A stretch of DNA of 64,000 bases from an uncultured cyanobacterium (GCA_963706595.1 OY970166.1:512001-576000); one strand, 5' to 3'. Positions 9,739 through 20,900 are shown, counted from the stretch's first letter. The notes: generated from the letters alone by a model not told the origin. Made by a program: numbers and translations.

Positions 9739-11610
9739 TCAATGAGATACAGCTAGTGTTTCATCAGTAACCTGGGTATATTGTGTGACGATTTCGCGGA
9801 ATCGTTCACCCTCAATTGTTTCTTGGTCTGCTAACAAATCGACTAAATACTCCAAGGCGGCGCGGTTGTTTTGTAATAGTTCTTTTGCTTCTAGGTAGCA
9901 ATTGTTGATAATTTCCCGGACTTGGGAATCAATTTTGGCGGCAATTTTTTCAGAATAGTCTGATTTATTCATCCAGTCGCGTCCCAAAAATACTTCGCTA
10001 CTTTGATTTTCTAGGGACAATAGACCTAACTCAGACATCCCGAATCGTGTAACCATTTGCCGTGCCATGCTCGTAACCTGTTGCAAATCGTTACTAGCAC
10101 CTGTTGTGACTTCCGGCTTACCGAAAACGATTTCCTCGGCGGCGCGACCACCCAAAGTTGAAGTAATTTTGGCTCTGATTTGAGAACGAGAGATTAAGCC
10201 CTGTTCTTCGTTGGGTGTAAACCAAGTTAATCCTAGTGCTTGACCCCGTGGAATGAGTGTAACTTTCTGCACTGGGTCATGGCCTTTGAGTAATGTGCCG
10301 ACTAAGGCGTGTCCGACTTCATGGTAGGCAATTAAGCGCTTGTTCTTGCTATCTACTAAGGCTGTGCCTTCCATACCCGCTACGACTCGATCTATGGCAT
10401 GATCTATTTCCAGGATGGTGATTGCTTCTTTGCGTCTTCTGGCTGTGAGAATTGCCGCTTCGTTGAGTAAGTTGGCTAAATCTGCACCAGTAAAACCAGG
10501 AGTTCGACGGGCGATCGCCTCTAAAGATATACTAGAGTCAATTTTCTTATTGCGTGCGTGAACTGACAGAATTTCGGCTCGTCCTTTGAGGTCTGGAGCA
10601 TCGACCATCACTTGTCTGTCAAAGCGTCCTGGTCTGAGCAATGCCGAATCTAACACATCTGGGCGGTTAGTAGCAGCAATAATAATAATCCCTGTATTAC
10701 CTTCAAAACCATCCATTTCGGTGAGTAATTGGTTGAGAGTTTGTTCTCTCTCATCATTACCGCCACCGATACCAGTCCCACGTTGTCGTCCCACTGCATC
10801 GATTTCATCGATAAATATTAAGCATGGCGCACTGTCTTTGGCTTTTTTAAACAAATCGCGCACACGGGATGCACCCACACCCACAAACATTTCCACAAAT
10901 TCCGAGCCGGAAATGCTAAAGAAAGGTACACCGGCTTCCCCTGCGATCGCTTTTGCCAGTAAAGTTTTACCAGTCCCAGGCGGTCCAATTAACAAAACAC
11001 CTTTGGGAATGCGTGCGCCCACAGCCGTGAATCTTTCAGGCTGCTTCAGGAAAGTAACGACTTCTCCTAATTCCTCCTTTGCTTCTTCCACCCCAGCTAC
11101 ATCGTCAAACTTCACACCAGTTTTCGCCTCCATTTGAAAACGAGCGCGAGACTTACCAAAATTCATCGCTTGGTTAGAAGCATTGGTAGAGCGTCGGAGG
11201 AACAATAACATTAAAGCTACCAGTGGTAAAATCCATAACAGGTTAATCAACAGCCCCACAGCCACTGTACTGTTAGCAGAGGAAACCCGACCAAAATCCA
11301 CCTTTTGGTCTTTGAGTATGTTAATTAACTCAGTGTTTTGTGCCAAAAGCCTGACTTCTATTGGTGGTGCATCTGGGTCTTGTCCCTTGAGATAAACCTT
11401 GGCTATCTGTTGAGTCTCATCCAGCTCTACTTTTTCTACTTGTCCTGCCTTCGATTTATTGAGTAACTGACCATAAGTAAGGGAGTCGTCGCGCTCTGCT
11501 TTTTGCGCCAAAGCAGGACTACCAATGAAAATACCCGGCAATATGAGTAGACTTGCGGCTAAGGCGGCTGTACGCTGTTTGATCAATGCTTTTTTCCCAA
11601 AATTTTGCAT
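9739..11610 (-). CDS. ftsH: ATP-dependent zinc metalloprotease FtsH
   Basis: [46 protein letters not shown] zinc motif. Confidence 0.96.
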   Translation of the reverse strand: MQNFGKKALIKQRTAALAASLLILPGIFIGSPALAQKAERDDSLTYGQLLNKSKAGQVEKVELDETQQIAKVYLKGQDPDAPPIEVRLLAQNTELINILKDQKVDFGRVSSANSTVAVGLLINLLWILPLVALMLLFLRRSTNASNQAMNFGKSRARFQMEAKTGVKFDDVAGVEEAKEELGEVVTFLKQPERFTAVGARIPKGVLLIGPPGTGKTLLAKAIAGEAGVPFFSISGSEFVEMFVGVGASRVRDLFKKAKDSAPCLIFIDEIDAVGRQRGTGIGGGNDEREQTLNQLLTEMDGFEGNTGIIIIAATNRPDVLDSALLRPGRFDRQVMVDAPDLKGRAEILSVHARNKKIDSSISLEAIARRTPGFTGADLANLLNEAAILTARRRKEAITILEIDHAIDRVVAGMEGTALVDSKNKRLIAYHEVGHALVGTLLKGHDPVQKVTLIPRGQALGLTWFTPNEEQGLISRSQIRAKITSTLGGRAAEEIVFGKPEVTTGASNDLQQVTSMARQMVTRFGMSELGLLSLENQSSEVFLGRDWMNKSDYSEKIAAKIDSQVREIINNCYLEAKELLQNNRAALEYLVDLLADQETIEGERFREIVTQYTQVTDETLAVSH

Positions 11611-11889
11611 AATAATTACCTTTTGTCTAGTGGCATTAGCTGAGGGCTAGTTTTATGCCTATTCTTCTAGCAAAAATTACTCTAACTGGAAATCACTATT
11701 TTCTCATCTAGTCTAACTTCTAGACAAAGCTATTCTCCAGTTTCTCTCCTTTGCTATTCAATATTTCCCTAATTATTACTCTACCAACCAGGGAAAAATG
11801 AGAAAAAGTTAGCTCATTGCCAAGAGCTACCGTGTACACACAAGTGATTGAATCACCCCAAATCCTTTAAAAGTAGTGGCGTGACAAGC

Positions 11890-12546
11890 TTAAAATGTTG
11901 CATTAGAATCAACGATTTTGTGAGTTTCAAACACTGGGTAAAGATGTTTAAGTTTGATACGAGCATCATCAGTAGTAAAACGCCAAATAACTTTACCTGC
12001 GGTGCGGTTACGTTCGTTTTGCCAAGCGGTCAATTCTCTAGATAGTTGACAAATACTAGGAATTCGTCGGTCTAGGCACTGTTGGCTTAAAACGCTTAAT
12101 TCAATTTCGGCAACGTTGAGCCAGCTTCCATTGCGAGGAGTGTAATAAATCTCCAGTCTCCTAGCCAAGCGGTGAGCTTCTGGTGCGGGAAAAGCTTCGT
12201 AAAGTGATGTAATGCTATGAGTGTTGAGGTTGTCACATAGCAATTTGACCTTGGTGGCTTGGGGATAGTCTTCATCTAATAGTTGACGGACTTCTTCGGC
12301 CCAATCAACACGAGTCCGATGAGCGCGATTGCTGACACGTCGCCAACCTCTGATCGGGTCAAAAAACATGAACAAAGCTTGGACTCCTTCGCGAGTATAG
12401 TGATAATCTTCTTTTGCATCTTCACCCGGTTCCATTGGTTTTGGCTCATAAAGATGCCCTGTTAATTGTCTAGAAGCTTCATCCATACAGATTAAAGGTT
12501 CCAAATCACTATGTTCTTGGCTGTAGAGGTCTAAAACTACTTCCAT
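11890..12546 (-). CDS. IS630 transposase, catalytic DDE part
   Basis: MDEAS, LCDNLNTH, SWLNVAEIE; joined to the upstream ORF by a -1 frameshift. Confidence 0.9.
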   Translation of the reverse strand: MEVVLDLYSQEHSDLEPLICMDEASRQLTGHLYEPKPMEPGEDAKEDYHYTREGVQALFMFFDPIRGWRRVSNRAHRTRVDWAEEVRQLLDEDYPQATKVKLLCDNLNTHSITSLYEAFPAPEAHRLARRLEIYYTPRNGSWLNVAEIELSVLSQQCLDRRIPSICQLSRELTAWQNERNRTAGKVIWRFTTDDARIKLKHLYPVFETHKIVDSNATF

Positions 12547-12563
12547 TTGAGAGACAAAACGTG

Positions 12564-13070
12564 CTATATCCCGTTCGGGAATACAAAATCTTTCTGTTTT
12601 CCAGGGGCGTAATTTGTTTTTTTTAATGTCTTTCTAATCGTCTCCCTAGAAATTTCTATGATAATTTTTCGGTTTTGAATTTCTTGCGTCAGTAATCTGA
12701 GACTCCAGTGTGCTTGCCCCGTGGGAGGTTCAGAACAACATAATGCAATGATTTGGGCTTCAGTCTGACCATCTATCTTGCTGACATTTGGTGGTTTTAA
12801 CCTCTGATGACGATTTAAGGCAGGTTCTTCTCCCTGTTCGAGGAACCTCTTCCTGATTCTTGCCACCGTATTGCGATGAACCCTTAACCCTATACTTATT
12901 TCTTCATCTGTCCATTTTTTCCTTGCACCCTCTCCCTCATCGCACATTAACAACACCTGTGCGTGCAATATTTTTTTGGCTGGGGCCTGTCCGTTGCGAG
13001 CGATCGCTTCTAATCTTTTTCTTTTCTCTGTATCTAATATGACTTTATCTCTACGACCTCTCCCCATCAA
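12564..13070 (-). CDS. IS630 transposase, N-terminal HTH part
   Basis: HTH region VHRNTVARIRKRF, PPTGQAHWSLRLL; A8 slippery run at 12617-12624 on the minus strand. Confidence 0.9.
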   Translation of the reverse strand: MMGRGRRDKVILDTEKRKRLEAIARNGQAPAKKILHAQVLLMCDEGEGARKKWTDEEISIGLRVHRNTVARIRKRFLEQGEEPALNRHQRLKPPNVSKIDGQTEAQIIALCCSEPPTGQAHWSLRLLTQEIQNRKIIIEISRETIRKTLKKTNYAPGKQKDFVFPNGI

Positions 13071-13124
13071 TTTCTCCTTTTTTTTCCTCCATTCTAATGC
13101 ACTATTTTAAGCTTGCCATGCCAG

Positions 13125-13234
13125 TAGTAGCGTGGCAAGCTTAAAATAGTGCATTAGGTAAAAAGCAGAAAACATTGATTTATCTCGATTTTCTCAAAAA
13201 TCTATTGCAACATTTTAGCCTTGTCACGCCAGTA
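13125..13234. mobile_element. MITE 1 derived from the IS630 ends
   Basis: TAGTAGCGTGGCAAGCTTAAAATAGTGCATTAG ... TTGCAACATTTTAGCCTTGTCACGCCAGTA. Confidence 0.88.
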
Positions 13235-13341
13235 GTGGCGTGGCAAGCTTAAAATAGTGCATTAGGAAAAAGCCGAAAACATTGATTTATCTCAATTTTC
13301 TCAAAAATCTATTGCAACATTTTAGCCTTGCCACGCCAGTA
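13233..13341. mobile_element. MITE 2, near-identical tandem copy of MITE 1
   Basis: TAGTGGCGTGGCAAGCTTAAAATAGTGCATTAG ... TTGCAACATTTTAGCCTTGCCACGCCAGTA. Confidence 0.88.
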
Positions 13342-13419
13342 GGGTGTGTTATGCCGAAGGCTAACGCGCCATCCCAGATTTTCGGTGATTAAATTATTTC
13401 TACTTGTCAGTTGTGTTGA

Positions 13420-14229
13420 TTAACACCGGATTCGACTAATGGGGATACACATTGGTGTCCCAGCAACGGGGTCTGTAACAATTTGGGAATCTAGCCCAAA
13501 GACTTCTTGCACAGTAGTTTTATTCATCACTTCTTCTGGCGTACCATAACTATGAACCCTACCCTGTTTTACCGCCACTAAATAATCTGCATAACGACAA
13601 GCTTGGTTTAAATCATGTAATACCATTACTAAAGTTCTGCCATGATTTTGGTTTAATTCCCATAGCAAATCTAAAACTTCAATTTGATGTGCTAAATCTA
13701 AAAAAGTTGTGGGTTCATCTAATAGTAATATATCCGTATTCTGCGCCAATGCCATCGCAATCCAAGCCCGTTGTCGCTGTCCACCAGAAAGAGTATCTAA
13801 CTCCCGTTCAGCTAGTTCTTTCATTCTAGTGGTTTCTAAGGCTATCTCTACAAACCTTTCATCTTCTTTAGTCCACTGCTGCATCCAATTTTGATAAGGA
13901 AATCGCCCACAAGCCACTAAGTCACGTACTGTTAAACCTTCTGGTGCAACTGGACCTTGAGCCAAAATGCCTAATTTTCTAGCGACATCTTTTGTGGATA
14001 ACTTAAATAAATCTGCCGCATCTAAATAAACTGTGCCTCCATGCGGTTTTAATAACCTAGCTAACCCTCGTAGAAGTGTAGATTTACCGCAACCATTAGC
14101 ACCAACTAAGGCAGTAATTTTTCCTTGGGAGATAGTCAAATCTAAATTTTTGACTATGGTTATGCCATCATAACCTAGAGTTAAGTTGTTGGCTGATAGT
14201 TGATGAGAAAGCTGAGTATCTAATTTCAT
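13420..14229 (-). CDS. Fe3+-siderophore ABC transporter ATP-binding protein (FecE/FhuC-like)
   Basis: [25 protein letters not shown]. Start taken at MKLDTQ, which overlaps the permease stop. Confidence 0.92.
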   Translation of the reverse strand: MKLDTQLSHQLSANNLTLGYDGITIVKNLDLTISQGKITALVGANGCGKSTLLRGLARLLKPHGGTVYLDAADLFKLSTKDVARKLGILAQGPVAPEGLTVRDLVACGRFPYQNWMQQWTKEDERFVEIALETTRMKELAERELDTLSGGQRQRAWIAMALAQNTDILLLDEPTTFLDLAHQIEVLDLLWELNQNHGRTLVMVLHDLNQACRYADYLVAVKQGRVHSYGTPEEVMNKTTVQEVFGLDSQIVTDPVAGTPMCIPISRIRC

Positions 14230-15272
14230 TTTTTCCGGGTTTTTACTAATAGATATATAAAGTAAGGAGCGCCAATTACCGCAGTCACAATTCCACAAGG
14301 AAGTTCCACGGGAGCGAAAACAATTCTGCCCAACAAATCAGCAATAACTACAAGCATTGCTCCCCATATTGCTGATACAGGAATTAACCCTTGATGATTA
14401 CCACCAACTAACTGACGGGCAATGTGAGGCGCAATTAATCCGACAAAACCAATGGTTCCAGCCGTGGCGACTGCTGCACCAGAAAGTGCGGCACTAATTA
14501 ATATTAAAAAACTGCGTTGCCACTCTACCCGACTCCCTAAACCTTTTGCTAATTCATCGCCTAAAGCTAAAGCGTTTAATTGTGGGGCGCTAACTAAAGC
14601 TAAGGGGATAAATACTATCAACCAAGGTAATAAAGCTACTAGCTGTTCCCAACTACGTCCATAAACACTACCAGCTAGCCAAACTAAGGCTTGACTAACA
14701 TTGTTAATCTCGCCAAATGTCACCAATAGGCTAGTAAAAGCACCAGTGACAGCAGAAATTCCGACACCAATTAAAATTAGGCGAATGGGATGAGTCCCAC
14801 TATCCCAAGCTAGTAGGTAAATGATTATAGAAGCAGCTAAAGCACCAGCAAAGGCGGCCAGAGGCAAACTTCCCGCCGGTAAGCTGGGAAACAGCACAAT
14901 TAAAGCTACCGCAGCTAAACCAGCACCTGCATTAATGCCAATAATACCTGGATCTGCTAAAGGATTTCTGGTGATACCTTGCATAATTGTGCCGGAAATT
15001 GCTAAGGCCATGCCCACAAGTCCGGCTGTTAAAGTTCGCGGTAATCTCAGGGTTTTGATGACAAAAGCATATTCTGGATTTCCTGTATCTATGCCTAAAA
15101 CTGTTTGAATTACGGCGAGGGGTGGTGTGGGATATTCGCCGATGGAAGTGCTAATTACCATTGTTACCAAAGTAATGATGACTAAAAGTAGTAAAACAAT
15201 GGGAACACGTTTTTGGAGGCGGAAAGAAATCGGAAATGTTTTAGACCGGAAAATTAAGCTGTTATTCCTCAT
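14226..15272 (-). CDS. FecCD-family iron ABC permease (FecD-like)
   Basis: [32 protein letters not shown]. Confidence 0.92.
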   Translation of the reverse strand: MRNNSLIFRSKTFPISFRLQKRVPIVLLLLVIITLVTMVISTSIGEYPTPPLAVIQTVLGIDTGNPEYAFVIKTLRLPRTLTAGLVGMALAISGTIMQGITRNPLADPGIIGINAGAGLAAVALIVLFPSLPAGSLPLAAFAGALAASIIIYLLAWDSGTHPIRLILIGVGISAVTGAFTSLLVTFGEINNVSQALVWLAGSVYGRSWEQLVALLPWLIVFIPLALVSAPQLNALALGDELAKGLGSRVEWQRSFLILISAALSGAAVATAGTIGFVGLIAPHIARQLVGGNHQGLIPVSAIWGAMLVVIADLLGRIVFAPVELPCGIVTAVIGAPYFIYLLVKTRKK

Positions 15273-16300
15273 TTTTTGATTTTATTTTTGGCTAAATAAA
15301 TGAAGAATGGCGCACCGACTAAGGCTGTCATAATCCCTACGGGGATTTCTTGGGGTCGAATTACCAATCTGGCAATGATATCTGAACTTAGGAGGAGAAT
15401 TGAGCCAAAAAGGGCGCTATAAGGTAGAATCCATCGGTAATCTACTCCAACGAAGAAGCGAACTATATGGGGAACCACTAAACCAATAAATCCAATCCCA
15501 CCAGCAACTGCGACTGCACTACCTTGCAGTAGAAAAACACTAATGGCGGCGGCGATTTTTATCCATAGGGTTTGTTGACCTAATCCTTGGGCAATATCTT
15601 CTCCCAGACTGAGAATGGTGATTTGTCTTCCCAGGAGGAATGCCAAGATTAAGCCAATACAAATGTAAGGCAATACTTGACTAATGAGATTCGCATCAGC
15701 ACCGGCTAAGGAACCTGCTAGCCAAAAGCGAATTTCTTCTAATGTGCGTTGACTGACAATTAAAATGGTAGTAATTAGTGATGCAAGTAAGGCGCTAATA
15801 GCTGCACCAGCAATAGTCAGATTGAGAGGTGTGATGCCACTGCGACCCAAGGAAGCTAAAAAATAAACACTTATAGCTGTAATTCCAGCACCTGTGAAGG
15901 CATACCAAATATAAACACTGGGTGCAGATGTGCCAAAGATAAAAATAGCGATGACAACGGCGAAGGATGCACCGGCGTTAATTCCTAAAATGCCTGGGTC
16001 GGCTAAGGGGTTGCGGGTTATACCTTGCATGAGTGCGCCTGATACGGAAATTGCTGCACCTACCATGACAGCGAGGAGCGATCGCGGTAGTCTGACTGTA
16101 CGAATAATTAAATGGTCTTTTGAGCCATCAAAGTCAGTCAAAGCTGTATAAACTGTATGCCAGGATATATCTGCTGCGCCGAGAGTAACGCTAAAAATTA
16201 GGCAGATTACGAGAATTAGCAATCCTAAAACTAAACCCGCAACGGGTTTAGTTAGGGACTGTACAAATCCTCTATTTAAGGAGGAAGTTGATTTACTCAT
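15269..16300 (-). CDS. FecCD-family iron ABC permease (FecC-like)
   Basis: [32 protein letters not shown]. Confidence 0.92.
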   Translation of the reverse strand: MSKSTSSLNRGFVQSLTKPVAGLVLGLLILVICLIFSVTLGAADISWHTVYTALTDFDGSKDHLIIRTVRLPRSLLAVMVGAAISVSGALMQGITRNPLADPGILGINAGASFAVVIAIFIFGTSAPSVYIWYAFTGAGITAISVYFLASLGRSGITPLNLTIAGAAISALLASLITTILIVSQRTLEEIRFWLAGSLAGADANLISQVLPYICIGLILAFLLGRQITILSLGEDIAQGLGQQTLWIKIAAAISVFLLQGSAVAVAGGIGFIGLVVPHIVRFFVGVDYRWILPYSALFGSILLLSSDIIARLVIRPQEIPVGIMTALVGAPFFIYLAKNKIKK

Positions 16301-16305
16301 CCATC

Positions 16306-16324
16306 TGATATTATTCTCAATAAA
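16306..16324 (-). promoter_or_regulatory. Candidate Fur box upstream of the fecCDE-like operon
   Basis: Minus strand reads TTTATTGAGAATAATATCA, a Fur-like sequence immediately upstream of an iron-uptake operon. Confidence 0.45.
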
Positions 16325-16693
16325 TTTGAAAATGATTGATAATTTATATCAAGTACATATAAAACTAAATAGCATAAATTCTTATTTATTTAAATAGTTT
16401 CATCGAATTAATCCGCTAAAAGCAGACATCTCATCACAATTTTTTATTTGCCGTGAGATAGAATTTACCCCTACCTGATATTTAGAAACTGAGAATAAAG
16501 CCTAATAATGCCTGAAAATTAGCAATTTACAGCTATTTTGCTGAGTTCAAGCCCAGATTAGGAGCAGATTTCACCAGACCTGCTTTTAGACAGAGATAGG
16601 TTTATGTCTGGAGAATTATGAATAATGCCTAGATGCTGCTTATAGTTCAACTTAAGTAGGTAACTACTTAATACGTAAGTGAGGTAAAGAATT

Positions 16694-16933
16694 ATGTCAA
16701 TACAAACCATCAAAACTGATCTGATTGATTTATCGCTAGAAGAGCAGGAACTTTTATCTGGAGGACGAAAACAAGACAAAGGTGAAAACGGAGGCGGCAC
16801 AATCCGAGTTGATGATGCCGTATTTAAATATGGGGGCGAAGAATACCCTGCACAGATTTTTGTTCGTGTTCAAGATTTGCCCACTCCCGATAGCTCTTCA
16901 GAAGAAGAAGAGGAAGAAGAAAGTGGCGACTAA
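16694..16933 (+). CDS. Small protein with double-glycine-type leader, paralog of 4843-5028
   Basis: DLSLEEQELLSGG leader, poly-Glu tail, and the same upstream GTAAGTGAGGTAAA. Confidence 0.7.
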   Translation: MSIQTIKTDLIDLSLEEQELLSGGRKQDKGENGGGTIRVDDAVFKYGGEEYPAQIFVRVQDLPTPDSSSEEEEEEESGD

Positions 16934-17184
16934 TGCAAGGGTTTTGTCTAGCTATTTTCTGTAAAATATAGCACCTCATTCTCACTCCTCTCCTGACCGA
17001 AAAAATGGTAGGTTGGGTAGAACGAAGTGAAACCCAACATTTGTGAGACTTTGTTGGGTTTCATCATATCTTGCGCCAGGGGATATTTTTTGTATTTGCG
17101 CGATGCTTTATTTCTGACCAATACTTCCTTGCTGGTAAAACCTCCCAGATTTATCTGTGGAATCAAAATAAACAGGAGATTTGA

Positions 17185-17808
17185 TTAATAAAGCTGCTCT
17201 AATTTCTCGAAGTCTTGCTGCACTTCTATGGCCAGAGCTTTATTCTGAGGATTTGTCTTGAGGGCTTTTTTGAGATAAATTCTGGCTTTTAAGAGTTGAT
17301 TATCTGAAATTAACGCCCGTCCCCAGATTTGATAGGCAACGGCCTGCCATTGGCTAACTTCTGTATCTGTGGGTAAACGTGCGGCTAAAGCTTCCACCAG
17401 AGCGATCGCTTGGGGAAATTTCCTTTCTTTTAAAAATCGTTGCAGTTGTTCATAAGTCTTCCACTTCAGCCGATGTTCTATTTCCGCCAGATGAGGCGGC
17501 TTTGGTATCGGCGGTTTTTCCACTGTGACTGTGGTTGTTGGTGCTTTTTCTGAGCGTGTGGACTGGCTAGCATTACGCCTAAACGTAGAGGAATGACTCG
17601 ACGGTTGGGCGATCTCCTCGGCAGGTACTACCGTTAAAAGGAGTTTGTAAGCCTCTGTCAAAGCAATAAATTTATCTTTAGCCTTGATGTCATTTGGGTT
17701 AATATCCGGATGATATTGCTGCGCCAATCGTCTGTAAGACGCTTTGATGTCAGCAAAGGAGGCTCCTGACCTTAAACCCAACAAACGGTAGCAATCTCCA
17801 AGATCCAT
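17185..17808 (-). CDS. J-domain (DnaJ-type) protein with C-terminal TPR-like helices
   Basis: YRRLAQQYHPD (HPD motif); KARIYLKKALKTNPQN. Confidence 0.88.
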   Translation of the reverse strand: MDLGDCYRLLGLRSGASFADIKASYRRLAQQYHPDINPNDIKAKDKFIALTEAYKLLLTVVPAEEIAQPSSHSSTFRRNASQSTRSEKAPTTTVTVEKPPIPKPPHLAEIEHRLKWKTYEQLQRFLKERKFPQAIALVEALAARLPTDTEVSQWQAVAYQIWGRALISDNQLLKARIYLKKALKTNPQNKALAIEVQQDFEKLEQLY

Positions 17809-18181
17809 CTTGATCTATCAGCTATTAGCTTCCAGCTTTAAATTACTAATTATAAAGAATAATCATCTTATTTATAGTTCACATTTAAATGTTTTTGGGG
17901 AATTTTACCTGGGGCTATTAGTTTCCGATCAACAAGCCTGAGCTAATGCGGATGAGTATCTACTCAATTAAGCAGACAATTTGGCTGAAATACCCCAGAT
18001 TTCCCCAGGGTATGGGATCAGGGTAAAGCTAGGGTAATTCCTGAGTTTTGAGCATAAATTTGTGGGGATTTAACCATTTTCTGATCTGGTGAGTTATGCG
18101 AAGCGACCCGGTTGATGGGACAATGAAAACGAGAAATCACCCTTGTCTGATTTTGTTTCCAGCCCAAAGGAACCTTGAGAA

Positions 18182-18727
18182 ATGTGTAAAAAAATTGTAT
18201 TTATTTTGTTATTGGTGTTTAGCCTCAGTATAAGTAATCCTGGTGTAGCTGCTGCGGCTGGATTCAACAGCTTTGTAGACTCTTATGATGGCTATGAGTT
18301 TTTATACCCTAACGGCTGGGTACAAGTTAAAGTTGCCGATGGACCTGATGTAGTCTTTCACGATTTGATTGAAATATCGGAAAATGTCTCTGTGGTCATT
18401 AGCCCAGTTCCTGATGACAAAAGCTTGACGGAACTGGGAACACCCACAGAAGTAGGCTATAAGCTAGGAAAGGCGGCTCTGGCTCCTCCTGATTCTGGTC
18501 GTTCGGCGGAATTGATCAATGCTTTTGAGAGAGAATCAAAGGGGAAAACATACTATATCTTAGAGTATGAGGTGAAATTGCCTAATCGGGAAGACAGACA
18601 TAATGTGACTAGTGTTGCTGTCAGCCGTGGTAAGTTATATACTTTCAATGCTTCAATTCCCGAAAGACGTTGGTCGAGAGTTCAAAGCTTGATGGACAAT
18701 GTTGTAAGTTCTTTCTCGGTGTATTAA
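18182..18727 (+). CDS. psbP: Photosystem II PsbP-family protein
   Basis: Signal peptide, DGYEFLYPNGW, ENVSVVIS, LGTPTEVG, GKLYTF...SFSVY. Confidence 0.85.
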   Translation: MCKKIVFILLLVFSLSISNPGVAAAAGFNSFVDSYDGYEFLYPNGWVQVKVADGPDVVFHDLIEISENVSVVISPVPDDKSLTELGTPTEVGYKLGKAALAPPDSGRSAELINAFERESKGKTYYILEYEVKLPNREDRHNVTSVAVSRGKLYTFNASIPERRWSRVQSLMDNVVSSFSVY

Positions 18728-18796
18728 TAAGAAACGGGGGAATCAAGGGAAATTTCTAGATTCTTCCCTAATGCCTAATTGAAAATTGCCATTTTT

Positions 18797-19390
18797 ATGA
18801 AAACACCTCAATTTGTACTTGCTTCAGCTTCGCCGGCGCGCCACCGCTTGCTACAAACTGTTGGGATTACACCGATAGTTAAGCCTAGTGATTTTGATGA
18901 GTCGCAAATTCAACTGAATGAACCTGCACAGTTAGTACAAATTCTGGCACAACGCAAGGCAGAAACTGTAGTTCCCCAGTTTGAATCAGCTTTGATTATG
19001 GGTTGTGATTCGGTTTTGGCTGTGAATGGTGAGATTTATGGTAAGCCAGCCGATGCTACGGAAGCGATCGCACGTTGGCATTTAATGCAAGGTAAGTTTG
19101 GTGAGTTGTATACTGGTCATGTGTTGATTGACCTTTGCCAAAACCGCACTTTAGTTAGGTGTCAGGTAACAAGAGTATACTTTGCCAAAATGAGCGATCG
19201 CACTATTCAAGCCTACGTTGCTACAGGCGAACCCCTCAAGTGTGCTGGTGCTTTCGCCCTTGAGGGTTTTGGTAGTTTATTTGTGGAAAAAATCGAAGGT
19301 TGTCACAGCAATGTCATTGGATTGAGTTTACCCCTGCTGCGACAGATGTTAGAAGATTTGGAATATGATGTGACTGATTTCTGGCAATAG
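18797..19390 (+). CDS. maf: Maf-family nucleoside triphosphate pyrophosphatase
   Basis: [33 protein letters not shown]. Confidence 0.92.
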   Translation: MKTPQFVLASASPARHRLLQTVGITPIVKPSDFDESQIQLNEPAQLVQILAQRKAETVVPQFESALIMGCDSVLAVNGEIYGKPADATEAIARWHLMQGKFGELYTGHVLIDLCQNRTLVRCQVTRVYFAKMSDRTIQAYVATGEPLKCAGAFALEGFGSLFVEKIEGCHSNVIGLSLPLLRQMLEDLEYDVTDFWQ

Positions 19391-19650
19391 TTAATTTTGC
19401 GTCAGCCAGTAGGTGTTTAAAAAGCAATTTGGATTTTAACGTCGCAAATGCTTACGCTGTATGGTTTTGAACCCTCTAAATCTGATATTGAGGTTGACGC
19501 AAAGGCACGAAACTATTGCTGTAGTTGCTTTTGAGGATATTTGTTCAAGTGTTAGTCTTGACACCTTTGTGCCTGAAACGTTATTGTTGTTTTAGATTGA
19601 CGCAACTGTACCTTGAAAACTACATATTTAAAGGCTTTCAGCCCTGTGCT
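19391..19650 (+). promoter_or_regulatory. CRISPR leader
   Basis: Non-coding region before the first repeat. Contains the inverted pair TTTGCGTCAGCC (19396-19407) / GGTTGACGCAAA (19492-19503) and CCTTGAAAAC near the array. Confidence 0.7.
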
Positions 19651-20778
19651 GTTAAAATCACCCATAATCCCTATCAGGGATTGAAACGAATCTTTTTATA
19701 TTAATGGTTCTGAGAATCAATAGTTAAAATCACCCATAATCCCTATCAGGGATTGAAACTGAGAAAATCCCCACCAAGGATTAGATTGCAATTGTTAAAA
19801 TCACCCATAATCCCTATCAGGGATTGAAACCGATAATTCTGATATAATTGTTTAGGAGGTTTTTAGTTAAAATCACCCATAATCCCTATCAGGGATTGAA
19901 ACCCATCTGATTGGACTTGGGGGTACAGGCAAGGGGTTAAAATCACCCATAATCCCTATCAGGGATTGAAACATACAAGGTCACTAGGTTGCGGAAGTAT
20001 TGCTATATATGTTAAAATCACCCATAATCCCTATCAGGGATTGAAACTGGTTTTAAATGAAAATATTATCTGATATTTTTAAGTTAAAATCACCCATAAT
20101 CCCTATCAGGGATTGAAACCTTGACACCCTTAGATAAAATAGGATAGCGGGGAGTTAAAATCACCCATAATCCCTATCAGGGATTGAAACATACTTGAAT
20201 TTAAAAGCCGTTTTATTTTTCTCCTCAGGTTAAAATCACCCATAATCCCTATCAGGGATTGAAACCATCAACGTGCTTTTGACTTGGCTATGAGCAAGAG
20301 CGTTAAAATCACCCATAATCCCTATCAGGGATTGAAACTACTGCTCATTTTCAGATTAATATTATCGGAGCTAAGTTAAAATCACCCATAATACCTATCA
20401 GGGATTGAAACAGTCAACCCCAAGTTTTAACTGCTGTACCGTAGTGTTAAAATCACCCATAATCCCTATCAGGGATTGAAACGTTAAATTTTAATTGGTG
20501 TATTATGGTAGCTATAAGTTAAAATCACCCATAATCCCTATCAGGGATTGAAACCCCAAAAGCGCATAAATTTTGTGATTGGGAATGTTAAAATCACCCA
20601 TAATCCCTATCAGGGATTGAAACTGAATCCAATTAGTTTTAAGTGGGCAGATTTGATGTTGTTAAAATCACCCATAATCCCTATCAGGGATTGAAACGTT
20701 CACAGATCAATTCTTCTAGTAGGGAATACTCACCCGAAAGAGTTAAAATCACCCATAATCCCTATTAGGGATTGAAAC
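19651..20778 (+). CRISPR. CRISPR array: 16 repeats, 15 spacers; repeat GTTAAAATCACCCATAATCCCTATCAGGGATTGAAAC (37 bp, type I-D-like)
   Basis: Repeats start at 19651, 19723, 19794, 19866, 19936, 20011, 20083, 20154, 20229, 20302, 20375 (1 variant base), 20446, 20518, 20587, 20661 and 20742 (1 variant base). Spacers are unique, 32-44 bp. Confidence 0.98.
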
Positions 20779-20900
20779 TAATATAGATATAATGTGAAGT
20801 TAAGGAAATAAGCAATCGCCAAAGAAGTATGCCAGCTAAAACTATTACAGGTATAGCTTGGGGTTCAACTTTGAATTTTGACTTATCAGAGGTACTCAAA

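Larger units (their letters stand above)
11874..13126 (-). mobile_element. IS630-family insertion sequence
   Basis: Ends TAGTGGCGTGACAAGCTTAAAATGTTGCATTAG and CTAATGCACTATTTTAAGCTTGCCATGCCAGTA are inverted repeats with TA termini; two-ORF transposase inside. Confidence 0.93.

Noticed and set aside
10586..11137. 183-aa + strand ORF
   Set aside because: Antisense shadow of the conserved FtsH AAA domain.
13125..13341. Tandem ~108-bp repeats as a mini-CRISPR
   Set aside because: Whole units are near-identical, have IS-derived TIRs and contain no unique spacers.
14230..14298. N-terminal extensions in the ORF track (also 57300-57404 and 20829-20900)
   Set aside because: They overlap upstream genes or lack family similarity; downstream ATGs fit better.
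20120..20153. Spacer 7 contains TTGACA, a possible internal promoter
   Set aside because: No -10 hexamer at a proper 16-18-nt spacing.
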